Below are positions 9,480-17,082 of a DNA stretch of 64,000 nt, piece by piece. The DNA is from a virus, in the IMG/VR virus record IMGVR_UViG_3300020202_000064, positions 30,000-93,999 of that record; one strand, 5' to 3'. The notes beneath the pieces are model-generated. The model saw nothing but the letters and a program-made list of their open reading frames with translations, did not search any database and was not told the origin of the DNA. The number at the start of each line of letters is the position of its first letter. Position 1 is the first letter of the stretch. Both the position numbers and the translations under genes were made by a program.

Positions 9480-9989
9480 ATGAAAACTTCCATAAATCAA
9501 GAAAAAATTGAAATGATGAAATCGTTAAAATTAAGTGGTCTCAGCTATAGGTTAATTGCGGAGCAAATCAAGTGTTCTATCGGAACTGTAAAGTATCACT
9601 TGGACCCCAATTTTAAAGAGAGTGTGAAAAAGCGACACAAAATGAACACAAAAAAGTATTATCACATGTACAAAGGAAAATATTGCACATGCGGTTTATC
9701 GAAAAAGGTCGCCTTCTTTTTTAGAAAGACTGGTCGAAAATTTACAACAAAAGACCTACGTAACAAGCTTGGTGATAATCCAATGTGTTATTTAACAGGA
9801 ATTCCGATTAACCTCGATAAAACAGAAACTTATCAATTAGACCATATTATGCCGCGGTCTAGGGGTGGAGACAATTCATTAGAAAATTGTGGGCTGGTTA
9901 CAAAAGAAATTAATTTGGCAAAATCAGATAAAACACCAGAAGAATTTATAGCGTTATGTAGGAAAGTTGTAGAACGAGTCAATAAATAA
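9480..9989 (+). CDS. HNH homing endonuclease with N-terminal HTH
   Basis: GLSYRLIAEQIKCSIGTVKYHL HTH; CYLTG...LDHIMPRSRGGDNSLENCGLV; opposite strand to the tRNA array. Confidence 0.85.
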   Translation: MKTSINQEKIEMMKSLKLSGLSYRLIAEQIKCSIGTVKYHLDPNFKESVKKRHKMNTKKYYHMYKGKYCTCGLSKKVAFFFRKTGRKFTTKDLRNKLGDNPMCYLTGIPINLDKTETYQLDHIMPRSRGGDNSLENCGLVTKEINLAKSDKTPEEFIALCRKVVERVNK

Positions 9990-10365
9990 TATCGTTGCAA
10001 ACAATTTATTACGTCGTTTACAACGTCAACCATAGATTATTAATCACTCCAGAGAACTTGCTTAATGTCAATTAAGCTTTATTCATAACCTATTTCACTC
10101 ATTGACCGGTTAGTGAACTCATTTTCAGCACTTATGATGAAAATGTTTTCGGTTGAAATGGCAGCTTTTCATCGAATATTATCGATTGTTCTCATACTAC
10201 CCTTGTCTCTATTTATACTGAGCTTTCGGTTGAAATTATAAAAATTCTGCATCTAGCGGAACAGCGAAACCCCGCAAGCCTTTCCGGTTTGGAAACGCTA
10301 TTAACGCCATTTTTCCCACACTATGCTGCACTCTCGTATGGAAGTGGTCTTTTAGCTATAGATGC

Positions 10366-10443
10366 TGGTGGTTATGGAGGGATTTGAACCCATCACTATA
10401 CTCGTTTTGAGTGAGGTGTCTCTACCGGTTGGACTACATAACC
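10366..10443 (-). tRNA. tRNA-Leu(CAA), short variable arm
   Basis: GGTTATG/CATAACC-ACCA; loop CTCAAAA; weak anticodon stem. Confidence 0.75.
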
Positions 10444-10446
10444 AAA

Positions 10447-10560
10447 CTAAGCCCTTTTTTTTGGATGCTACCATTACATTAGAGCGGCTTCCAACTCCGC
10501 TTGCCGACTCGAACGGCTCTCCTTGTTTCGTAGACAATTTTTGTTTGCTGTATGGGCTAA
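10447..10560 (-). ncRNA. Y-RNA-like (CAGC-motif) RNA with permuted tRNA module
   Basis: TTAGCCC-ATA-CAGCAA...GCCG-TTCGAGT-CGGC (T arm), AGCGG-loop-CCGCT (closed acceptor), ATGT-AATGGTA-GCAT (D arm)...GGGCTTAG. Confidence 0.8.
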
Positions 10561-10566
10561 TGGAAG

Positions 10567-10644
10567 TGGAGTTGACGGAGGCACTCGAAACCTCATGATA
10601 TCCTCTTTACAAGAGAGGTGCTTTTCCTCTTAAGCCACGTCAAC
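10567..10644 (-). tRNA. tRNA-Thr(TGT)
   Basis: CCTCT-CTTGTAA-AGAGG; GTTGACG/CGTCAAC-TCCA. Confidence 0.9.
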
Positions 10645-10703
10645 GTTAAATCGATACAAAATTTCGTGTAATCTAATTCGAGCCTAAATAAAGGATTCGA
10701 ATT

Positions 10704-11102
10704 ATGAATATTAAAGAACAATGTCTGAAACTAAAATCAGAAAATCCAAAAATGTATTATAAAGAAATCGCAAAGATTGTCGGGTGTCAACCAAGCACTG
10801 TTTGCTATCATTTGAATGAAGACACGAGAAAAAATTACCGACATCGCCAATCTAAAAACAGAAGAATTAATAATAATGCATTAAAAAGTGTTAACGGCGG
10901 TAAATGTAAACTTTGTGGTTACTGCAAATCTTTGTCCGCTCTGCATTTTCATCATTTAGACCCAGATACGAAAACCGATGAAGTTTCAAGAATATTGAGA
11001 ACGCGCGGAAAATTAGCAGCCACGAACGAAGCAAAAAAATGTATTCTTATTTGTGCTAATTGTCATCATGAAATCCACGACGGATTAATAAAATTAGAAT
11101 GA
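10704..11102 (+). CDS. HNH homing endonuclease with HTH
   Basis: GGKCKLCGYCKSLSALHFHHLDP...KCILICANCHHEIH. Confidence 0.88.
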   Translation: MNIKEQCLKLKSENPKMYYKEIAKIVGCQPSTVCYHLNEDTRKNYRHRQSKNRRINNNALKSVNGGKCKLCGYCKSLSALHFHHLDPDTKTDEVSRILRTRGKLAATNEAKKCILICANCHHEIHDGLIKLE

Positions 11103-11104
11103 AA

Positions 11105-11179
11105 TGGAGTCCCGTATCGAACTTGAATCGATTTATTCGCGTTACGAATGCGAGGCATCACCATCAATGCTTACAGGAC
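11105..11179 (-). tRNA. tRNA-Thr(CGT)
   Basis: TCGCA-TTCGTAA-CGCGA; GTCCTGT/ACGGGAC-TCCA. Confidence 0.85.
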
Positions 11180-11337
11180 GAAAAATTATTTTCTTTGGCG
11201 ATTTCTAAATATGATTTTTCGCCGGGTTTTTGCTGTATAAAATAATCCAACACCCTTGCTATTTCAAGGGGGTCTGTTCCTCGCTCAACCGAAGTAATTG
11301 TTAACTCCAATAGTTCCTTTTTCTTTTGATTATTCAT
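11164..11337 (-). CDS. small hypothetical protein
   Basis: MNNQKKKELLEL... fills the spacer between two tRNAs. Confidence 0.45.
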   Translation of the reverse strand: MNNQKKKELLELTITSVERGTDPLEIARVLDYFIQQKPGEKSYLEIAKENNFSSCKH

Positions 11338-11340
11338 AGA

Positions 11341-11417
11341 TGGCGCGACCAGCCCGATTCGAACGGGCACTAAAGCTACTTAGAAGGAAGCTTGACTTTC
11401 CAATTGCCGATGGTCGC
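11341..11417 (-). tRNA. tRNA-Arg(TCT)
   Basis: GCTTC-CTTCTAA-GTAGC; GCGACCA/TGGTCGC-GCCA. Confidence 0.88.
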
Positions 11418-11422
11418 AAAAA

Positions 11423-11653
11423 TTATTTATCGATTCTACGGATGGATTGATGTTCCTTAACGCGCATTTTGTCAAGTTCTTTCTGACTATAAATTTTGCG
11501 CACTGCTACACCAACATATTTCTTTGGCAGAAAACCAATTGCACAATGTAAACCGATGCGAAATGGAATCTCCGCAATCAACCTTTCGCTTTCTCGCTTG
11601 GCGGCGCTTTCCTCAAATTCGCCAATATTATCATCTACCATCCAATTTTTCAT
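11423..11653 (-). CDS. hypothetical protein
   Basis: 76 aa ORF exactly filling a tRNA spacer. Confidence 0.55.
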   Translation of the reverse strand: MKNWMVDDNIGEFEESAAKRESERLIAEIPFRIGLHCAIGFLPKKYVGVAVRKIYSQKELDKMRVKEHQSIRRIDK

Positions 11654-11654
11654 A

Positions 11655-11749
11655 TGGTGGTTCCTGTCAGAATCGAACTGACGCTCGGCGGCAATCTACC
11701 GCATACAGGTTATAAATCTGTCGGTGCTCTCCAATTACACTAAGGAACC
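11655..11749 (-). tRNA. tRNA-Ile(TAT) with long variable arm
   Basis: ACAGA-TTTATAA-CCTGT then GCGGTAGATTGCCGC V-arm; GGTTCCT/AGGAACC-ACCA. Confidence 0.88.
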
Positions 11750-11870
11750 AAGCGAACCGTTTGCTTGAAGGCACTTTTACCCATCTACCCACAAACTTAA
11801 TTTTGCACCACGGTTCGACAGACAACTCACCCTCACATAACAGGTATTCTTCTGTGAGGGGACTAGCAAA

Positions 11871-11948
11871 TGGCATCCACGGTGAGCCTTGAACTCACAT
11901 ATGACCAACTTGAGAGGTTGGTGACTTTGCCAATTTGTCAACGTGGAC
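11871..11948 (-). tRNA. tRNA-Glu(CTC)
   Basis: CCAAC-CTCTCAA-GTTGG. Confidence 0.88.
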
Positions 11949-11960
11949 AAAAGGTCCAAC

Positions 11961-12224
11961 TTAATGAACTGATTTATCAGAAGGATTTTCTATACTTCTT
12001 TGAATTACTTTTGCACTTAGTAAGGTTAGCAAATAACTACCTAACGTTGCACCTACACTCGCGGGTATTTCCACAAGCGCGCCCGTCTTAATACAGGCGA
12101 ATAACCAGCCGCCGCAGATAGTTGTAAGAATCAGCATCGTACCAAGGAACACAACCAAACGTGTCGTGGAAGGGGTGTCAGGGGCTTCTTCCAAAGCCTT
12201 GCCTAACCAAGTAAAAAAGTTCAT
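11961..12224 (-). CDS. small two-TM membrane protein (holin-like)
   Basis: PSTTRL followed by two hydrophobic helices; GTGTAA motif upstream. Confidence 0.6.
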   Translation of the reverse strand: MNFFTWLGKALEEAPDTPSTTRLVVFLGTMLILTTICGGWLFACIKTGALVEIPASVGATLGSYLLTLLSAKVIQRSIENPSDKSVH

Positions 12225-12259
12225 AATCTGAATTACACGTAAGAATCAATCATTTAGCA

Positions 12260-12342
12260 TGGTGGTCAAGGTGGGACTCGAACCCACAAGCCGAAGCATA
12301 TGCACCTCAAGCATACGTGTATGCCAATTTCACCACATGACC
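12260..12342 (-). tRNA. tRNA-Leu(GAG)
   Basis: TATGC-TTGAGGT-GCATA, V-arm GCTTCGGC. Confidence 0.92.
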
Positions 12343-12381
12343 ATAACGGATTTTAACGTAGAAAGCCGCAAACGCACAATA

Positions 12382-12660
12382 TCATGTCCAATCCCAAGCG
12401 TTATCTCTTGGTTCTCTGGGTAAATTAACTTCTTCCTCGTCTATATTTCCCGCGCGTAGGTTTTTTAGTTCCTGATTGCGCTCGGCGCGACGGGCGCGCT
12501 CTCTCATTTGTTTGTGCCATTTTGGCGATTTATCCCAACGCTTTTTATCGCGAGTAAATTTCCATTCTGGCGTATTGTCAACAAGCGGTTCTCCCCACAT
12601 CATTATAGTGGGGCGCTTGCCACGTAGTTTCCTATCGTCAAAACGGCGTGTTCTGCTCAT
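12382..12660 (-). CDS. basic hypothetical protein
   Basis: MSRTRRFDDRK...AWDWT; likely start 12660. Confidence 0.6.
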   Translation of the reverse strand: MSRTRRFDDRKLRGKRPTIMMWGEPLVDNTPEWKFTRDKKRWDKSPKWHKQMRERARRAERNQELKNLRAGNIDEEEVNLPREPRDNAWDWT

Positions 12661-12700
12661 AGGAAGAAGCCTTTCGGCTGAGGTTTGTATTGGTAGAAGA

Positions 12701-12780
12701 TGGGGTATACGACGGGGCTTAAACCCGCAGGGACCAAGCTTCACAGGCTTGTGCGTCTAATCAATTTCGCCACGTATACC
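12701..12780 (-). tRNA. tRNA-His(GTG)
   Basis: CAAGC-CTGTGAA-GCTTG; G-1:C73 extended acceptor. Confidence 0.88.
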
Positions 12781-12784
12781 ATAA

Positions 12785-12912
12785 CTAAGTTCATTTTTAT
12801 ATTGTCGCCTAAACCAGACTAGGCTACTTCCGCATATTGTAAATGGTGCGGAAGGTGGGATTTGAACGCCACGTATAACAATTTCCATGAAATTGGATGC
12901 TGTTAGAACTTA
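12785..12912 (-). ncRNA. Y-RNA-like (CAGC-motif) RNA with permuted tRNA module and internal ACCA
   Basis: TAAGTTC-TAA-CAGCAT...GTGGCGTTCAAATCCCAC (T arm), CTTCCGC-ACCA-TTTACAATAT-GCGGAAG (acceptor), TA-GCCT-AGTCTGGTTT-AGGC (D arm)...GAACTTAG. Confidence 0.85.
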
Positions 12913-12992
12913 AATTGGTTTTTGATTTTATTATAAATCGTCATTTTTCTTCGTGTAATCTTTTATGGCAGGACCATAAGGATTCGAAAAAG

Positions 12993-13718
12993 ATGATTAA
13001 ACTATTTACTGATAAAGAATTTAATTCGGCTAAATCGCGGGATTTACTACCTCTTAAATGCGAAAAATGTGGAAAAACTTTCCACAAGGCAAAACACAGA
13101 ATACAGGATGCCTTATCGACCAAGACGAAGCTTTTCTGGAAATTTTGTTCTAAACGATGCAGTGATGAACACTTCGAAACATCCATAGAAGTCGAATGTT
13201 GCCAGTGCAAACGGAAAACATTCAAAACCCCGTCAGAGATAAAAAAAGTAAGACGCCCATTTTGTTCACAATCTTGTGCAGCTTTATATAACAACACGCA
13301 TAAAACACACGGAACATCTCGTTCAAAACTAGAAAAATGGTTGGAATCTAAATTAATAACTGAATATCCCGAATTAGAATTTCATTTCTCAAGAAAAGAT
13401 GCTATCAACGGTGAACTAGATATTTATATTCCATCATTAAAATTGGCATTTGAGTTAAACGGGATTTTCCATTATGAACCAATTTATGGTAAGGAACAAT
13501 TAATCAAAATGCAGAACAACGATAAACGAAAGTTCCAAGCGTGTTTAGAAAATGGAATAGAACTATGTATTATAGATACAACGTCTCAAAAGTATTTTAA
13601 AGAAAATACCTCTTTAAAATTTCTTAATATCATCCGAGATATAATCGAAAGAAAAATGGCAGGACATGTAGGTGAGGAACCCACTTCTTCGCGTTTGGAG
13701 TGCGAGGCACATACCTAA
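12993..13718 (+). CDS. homing endonuclease: Zn-ribbon repeats plus Vsr/DUF559-like PD-(D/E)XK domain
   Basis: CEKCGK...FCSKRC, CCQC...FCSQSC; ELDIYIPSLKLAFELNGIFHY; C-terminus overlaps the antisense of tRNA-Trp. Confidence 0.8.
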   Translation: MIKLFTDKEFNSAKSRDLLPLKCEKCGKTFHKAKHRIQDALSTKTKLFWKFCSKRCSDEHFETSIEVECCQCKRKTFKTPSEIKKVRRPFCSQSCAALYNNTHKTHGTSRSKLEKWLESKLITEYPELEFHFSRKDAINGELDIYIPSLKLAFELNGIFHYEPIYGKEQLIKMQNNDKRKFQACLENGIELCIIDTTSQKYFKENTSLKFLNIIRDIIERKMAGHVGEEPTSSRLECEAHT

Positions 13719-13732
13719 TATACCAATGTCCT
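13657..13732 (-). tRNA. tRNA-Trp(CCA), atypical T-loop
   Basis: TCGCA-CTCCAAA-CGCGA; AGGACAT/ATGTCCT-GCCA; T-loop TTCCTCA. Confidence 0.8.
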
Positions 13733-13738
13733 ATAAAG

Positions 13739-13900
13739 TCATTTCTGACCATCTAAATATTTCTTGAACGCATCTTGATTTTTAATCGCCGCCCGAAGTT
13801 CTGGCGTCGTATCATCAATATACAACGGACATTGTACTGGTTCGTGATAACAGCCTTCGGCCAATATTTCTTTTATTTCTTCAATAGTCGTCTGATTCAT
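13739..13900 (-). CDS. small hypothetical protein
   Basis: MNQTTIEEIKEIL... in a tRNA spacer. Confidence 0.5.
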   Translation of the reverse strand: MNQTTIEEIKEILAEGCYHEPVQCPLYIDDTTPELRAAIKNQDAFKKYLDGQK

Positions 13901-13903
13901 AAT

Positions 13904-13980
13904 TGGTGCAAATGGAAGAAATCGAATCCTCAGTATAACTACGTTCGAAGCGTAGGTGGCTCTCCTGTGCCAGCATTTGC
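13904..13980 (-). tRNA. tRNA-Arg(TCG), atypical D arm
   Basis: CTACG-CTTCGAA-CGTAG; GCAAATG/CATTTGC-ACCA. Confidence 0.78.
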
Positions 13981-14011
13981 GTGTTTTAATTTTAGCTACG
14001 TATGTATTAAA

Positions 14012-14088
14012 TGGTGGGGGCCGAGCGAATTGAACGCTCACATCAAGATTTTCAATCTAGCATGCTCACCAGTTTACATCAAACCCCC
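14012..14088 (-). tRNA. tRNA-Phe(GAA)
   Basis: CTAGA-TTGAAAA-TCTTG. Confidence 0.85.
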
Positions 14089-14237
14089 AAAGGCTAGCAG
14101 CCACCCCACAACTTCGGGTATGTGACACCTGAAAGTCGGTTTCGCGCTATGCGCTAATCAAACACCGAACCTTTCCTTTATTGTAGTCCTTGTGGACTAT
14201 CCTTTCCTTTTCCTTACCTACGGTATTTAACCATAGG

Positions 14238-14423
14238 TTATGCGCGGTTACCAGCCGCGACTTTATATCCCGGTAACCAGCCGGGAAATTTGTGAAATTT
14301 ATACATAAACGGCGGATTTAATTCGTCATTCATTCTGTTACAGTGTTCTCTGAGTAATCTTTTTAAATATACAGACTTAATCCATTGGTCTATAAACTCG
14401 CGCGCTTTATCTTGTTTATTCAT
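14238..14423 (-). CDS. hypothetical protein
   Basis: 61 aa ORF in a spacer. Confidence 0.5.
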   Translation of the reverse strand: MNKQDKAREFIDQWIKSVYLKRLLREHCNRMNDELNPPFMYKFHKFPGWLPGYKVAAGNRA

Positions 14424-14541
14424 GAATATACTGGTGTGTCTTTTCGTTGGTCTCCGACTAAAATCAATATTGCTTTGACCGCCTCAGTGAAGATATTCTA
14501 TTCATCGGGTTTTCTGCGACCCACTCTCCTTTTATATTCAT

Positions 14542-14618
14542 TGGTAGTCGCAATGGGATTCGAACCCATACTGAAAAGTTTTTAAGACTTTTGCTTCTGC
14601 CGGTTGAGCGATGCGACC
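14542..14618 (-). tRNA. tRNA-Leu(TAA), short variable arm
   Basis: AAAGT-CTTAAAA-ACTTT. Confidence 0.88.
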
Positions 14619-14623
14619 ATAGC

Positions 14624-15187
14624 TTATTTCAGAGGGAATGCAACTGTATTTGTTGGGGCGCTATTGCCAGAAGAATTATAAGCGAACACACGATACCAAT
14701 ATGTACCAACGCCTATATTCGTATCAATAAATGTATTTATGTTAGCTGAAGTCGTACCTATAACAACAAAATTTTCCCCATCATTACTACGCTCTATTTT
14801 AAAACCAGTTTCGTTGCTGGAATTATCACTCCAAGTTAATGTTACTGACGATGGGACGCTTCTAACACTCACACTTTCTAATTTTAAATATGTATATAAA
14901 CTGTCAATTTTTCGCAATACTGTTTGTAAATCTGTATTTGTATTATTTTGATTTTCCTTCAAAGCCGCTAACTCTTGCAATGCCAAATCTCTCTCTTGTT
15001 GAGCTTGCGCTACAAGCTTTTCTTGATACACAGCATATAAATGCCATGCTATAATCTGAGAATTTTTTGCATCCCACGCGGATTGTGCTGGATAAGCGGG
15101 GCGAGGAACGGGGGTAATAGATGTAACTTGAGCTAATAAAACACTCGCCAAAGCAACAACGAAGAAACTAATAAGAATTTTTTTCAT
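14624..15187 (-). CDS. secreted fibronectin type III domain protein
   Basis: Signal peptide MKKILISFF...; LTWSDNSSNETGFKIERS...YWYRVFAYNSSGNS. Confidence 0.85.
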   Translation of the reverse strand: MKKILISFFVVALASVLLAQVTSITPVPRPAYPAQSAWDAKNSQIIAWHLYAVYQEKLVAQAQQERDLALQELAALKENQNNTNTDLQTVLRKIDSLYTYLKLESVSVRSVPSSVTLTWSDNSSNETGFKIERSNDGENFVVIGTTSANINTFIDTNIGVGTYWYRVFAYNSSGNSAPTNTVAFPLK

Positions 15188-15196
15188 AAAACAACT

Positions 15197-15272
15197 TGGT
15201 GCGATATAGGAGATTTGAACTCCTACCCCATGCTTGGAAGGCGCGTGTGCTGCCATTAAACACTAATATCGC
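15197..15272 (-). tRNA. tRNA-Gly(TCC)
   Basis: Loop CTTCCAA; GCGATAT/ATATCGC-ACCA. Confidence 0.88.
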
Positions 15273-15282
15273 AAAATGGGTA

Positions 15283-15438
15283 TTAGCCCAAGATAAATCC
15301 GAGTACGAAAGCAACTACTGTCGAAATTAACGTCACTTTCATGCTAACCTGCTTGGCAAGAAACTGCTGAGTTTCCTCTTTGGCTTCATGCTTTAAGCGC
15401 GCTTTTGCCTCTTCAACGTGTTCTTTTAAATCGCTCAT
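15283..15438 (-). CDS. small tail-anchored membrane protein (51 aa)
   Basis: Manual translation: MSDLKEHVEEAKARLKHEAKEETQQFLAKQVSMKVTLISTVVAFVLGFILG*; GTGTAA motif upstream. Confidence 0.55.
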   Translation of the reverse strand: MSDLKEHVEEAKARLKHEAKEETQQFLAKQVSMKVTLISTVVAFVLGFILG

Positions 15439-15586
15439 AGTATTGTTATGTTCAATCTAAATTACACTTTAAACTAGGGGCTTTACTCTAGCCCGACGGT
15501 ACAACAATCCACTGTTGCCATTGCGCCGCTTTTACATTAGCGGCAGAAAGCCCGCACATTTAAGCTGGCGGGGACTAACTATAGTC

Positions 15587-15662
15587 TGGTGGGCATGGCA
15601 GGAATCGAACCCGCAATCTTCACCGTGTAAAAGTGCCGCGTTAACCGTTACGCTACACGCCC
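15587..15662 (-). tRNA. tRNA-Val(TAC)
   Basis: Loop TTTACAC; GGGCGTG/CATGCCC-ACCA. Confidence 0.92.
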
Positions 15663-15664
15663 AT

Positions 15665-16029
15665 TTTCTATTCCAGTTTAGCCGCGATTCTGGTTTATCT
15701 CTACATTTCTCTAATCGGCTTTCGCCAATTCCCACCGTCAATAGATGGGTGCATCAACCCGGCCTCATCGATAAGCACTAATCTCAGCCTGTTTGACTTG
15801 CTACTACCATGAGGTATTAACGAATACGTGATAGGCTATGGTTTGTAAGCCATGCCGAGTATTCTCCCTATCGGTTGCTTTGTAGTCGCGAACTTCCTCT
15901 GACTTATGGAATGCGGGGTTCCTCTCTTTCGAGTTTGGCATACCGCATCTTACGTCCCTTTACGCACCATTCTCAGGCCGTGGCCTGATTAAAGGTTTCA
16001 CCTTTCGTCAGCGTAGAGTCGAATAGAAA
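15665..16029 (-). ncRNA. rnpB: RNase P RNA (compact, reduced S-domain)
   Basis: P1 TTTCTATTC/GAATAGAAA; CR-I GAGGAAGTTCGCGAC; GTAGCAAG; CR-IV TAGAGAAATG; CR-V ACCAGAATCGCGGCTA; P4 pairing (T)CGCGA/TCGCGG. Confidence 0.85.
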
Positions 16030-16081
16030 TTTTGCACCCCGGACGTAACAATCTATAGTCATTGGAATCCGGCCCGTCTCC

Positions 16082-16567
16082 CTATAGTGTTTGTGCGGCC
16101 ACCCTCGACCGTAAAGTAAATTCATAATGAAGCATCGTTGAACGGGACAATAACCCCGGCGACACTTCCCAAGCTTTCGTATTATTTAGTAAAGAAATTC
16201 CTGCGTGTTCAAACGCCGCATAAATCAATTCAGAGCAAAACCACTTGTCTTTCGAACCGCCCGATTCAGATTCACGAGAAAGGAAACGAAGTACCATGGT
16301 AATGTCGTACTTCTTACCCACTTGAGCATAAAGGAACTGGCTGATTTTACGGAATTGTTCCGACGTAACTTCAGTCGAATACATATCAATATATTCGTCC
16401 TTCTTAAATTTGTACTTCTGGAATTTACGAACACCGTAAAAACGGGTGGCCTCAATTACGTCTTTTTCCAATGATATACTTACATGTGAATATTTACTAC
16501 GAGTTTGCCAACGAATAATTTTATCAAAAATAGAGTTAGCTGAATGTAATCCAATGTAGATTTTCAT
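16082..16567 (-). CDS. permuted papain-like NlpC/P60 amidase (YiiX/YaeF-like)
   Basis: SKYSHV...GKKYD...KWFCSELI...VSPG. Confidence 0.85.
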   Translation of the reverse strand: MKIYIGLHSANSIFDKIIRWQTRSKYSHVSISLEKDVIEATRFYGVRKFQKYKFKKDEYIDMYSTEVTSEQFRKISQFLYAQVGKKYDITMVLRFLSRESESGGSKDKWFCSELIYAAFEHAGISLLNNTKAWEVSPGLLSRSTMLHYEFTLRSRVAAQTL

Positions 16568-16587
16568 ACATTAAGTTACACTAAATT

Positions 16588-16665
16588 TGGCGCGGGAGGT
16601 GGGCTTCGAACCCACAACCTTGAAATTTAGAGTTTCCTGCTCTGAACCAGTTGAGCTACTCCCGC
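16588..16665 (-). tRNA. amber suppressor tRNA (anticodon CTA)
   Basis: GCGGGAG-TA-GCTCAACTGGTTCAGAGC-A-GGAAA-CTCTAAA-TTTCA-AGGTT-GTGGG-TTCGAAG-CCCAC-CTCCCGC-GCCA; canonical cloverleaf. Confidence 0.9.
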
Positions 16666-16724
16666 AATAAGCCCGAATAAATCGGGCACTAAATTACTAT
16701 TTCTACGATGTATCCTATTTCAAA

Positions 16725-17003
16725 TCAATCACCCCCTTTCTTGCCGCTCGCGGCTCGAATATGGGCAGTGCCATCCGAAATATCTATATCAACATTTTTA
16801 AATCTCAAACTTCCCTTAGTATGTTGATTATCAGGGGTTTCTTTTGTGGAAAAGGGAACTTCGCAATCCACATGGTTAACGTAGTACGTTATACCTTTTG
16901 TCTTAATTACCCACGGGGCAATTCGACTATCGAACAAGTGTGCCTTATTAAAATGGAACACTGCTTCTTTACAATTCTGAACCTAATGTTCTTCCTATTT
17001 CAT
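16725..17003 (-). CDS. hypothetical phage protein, probably starting at 17003 with two in-frame TAG codons
   Basis: ATG AAA TAG GAA GAA CAT TAG GTT CAG AAT TGT AAA GAA GCA GTG TTC CAT TTT AAT AAG... is in frame with track ORF 16725..16961; GTGTAA motif 11 nt upstream of this ATG. Confidence 0.6.
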
Positions 17004-17082
17004 GTCAGTATATATTACACTTATTTTTGTTGTTCGTGCAAACTAAAATCTTCAATTTTACATCAAACCGAAGGTTTGAAAA

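Noticed and set aside
12844-12872. Ordinary tRNA genes at 12844, 22980 and 23222 (TGG...T-loop signatures)
   Set aside because: The 5' acceptor strand lies downstream of the CCA and there is no anticodon arm. They are treated as permuted modules.
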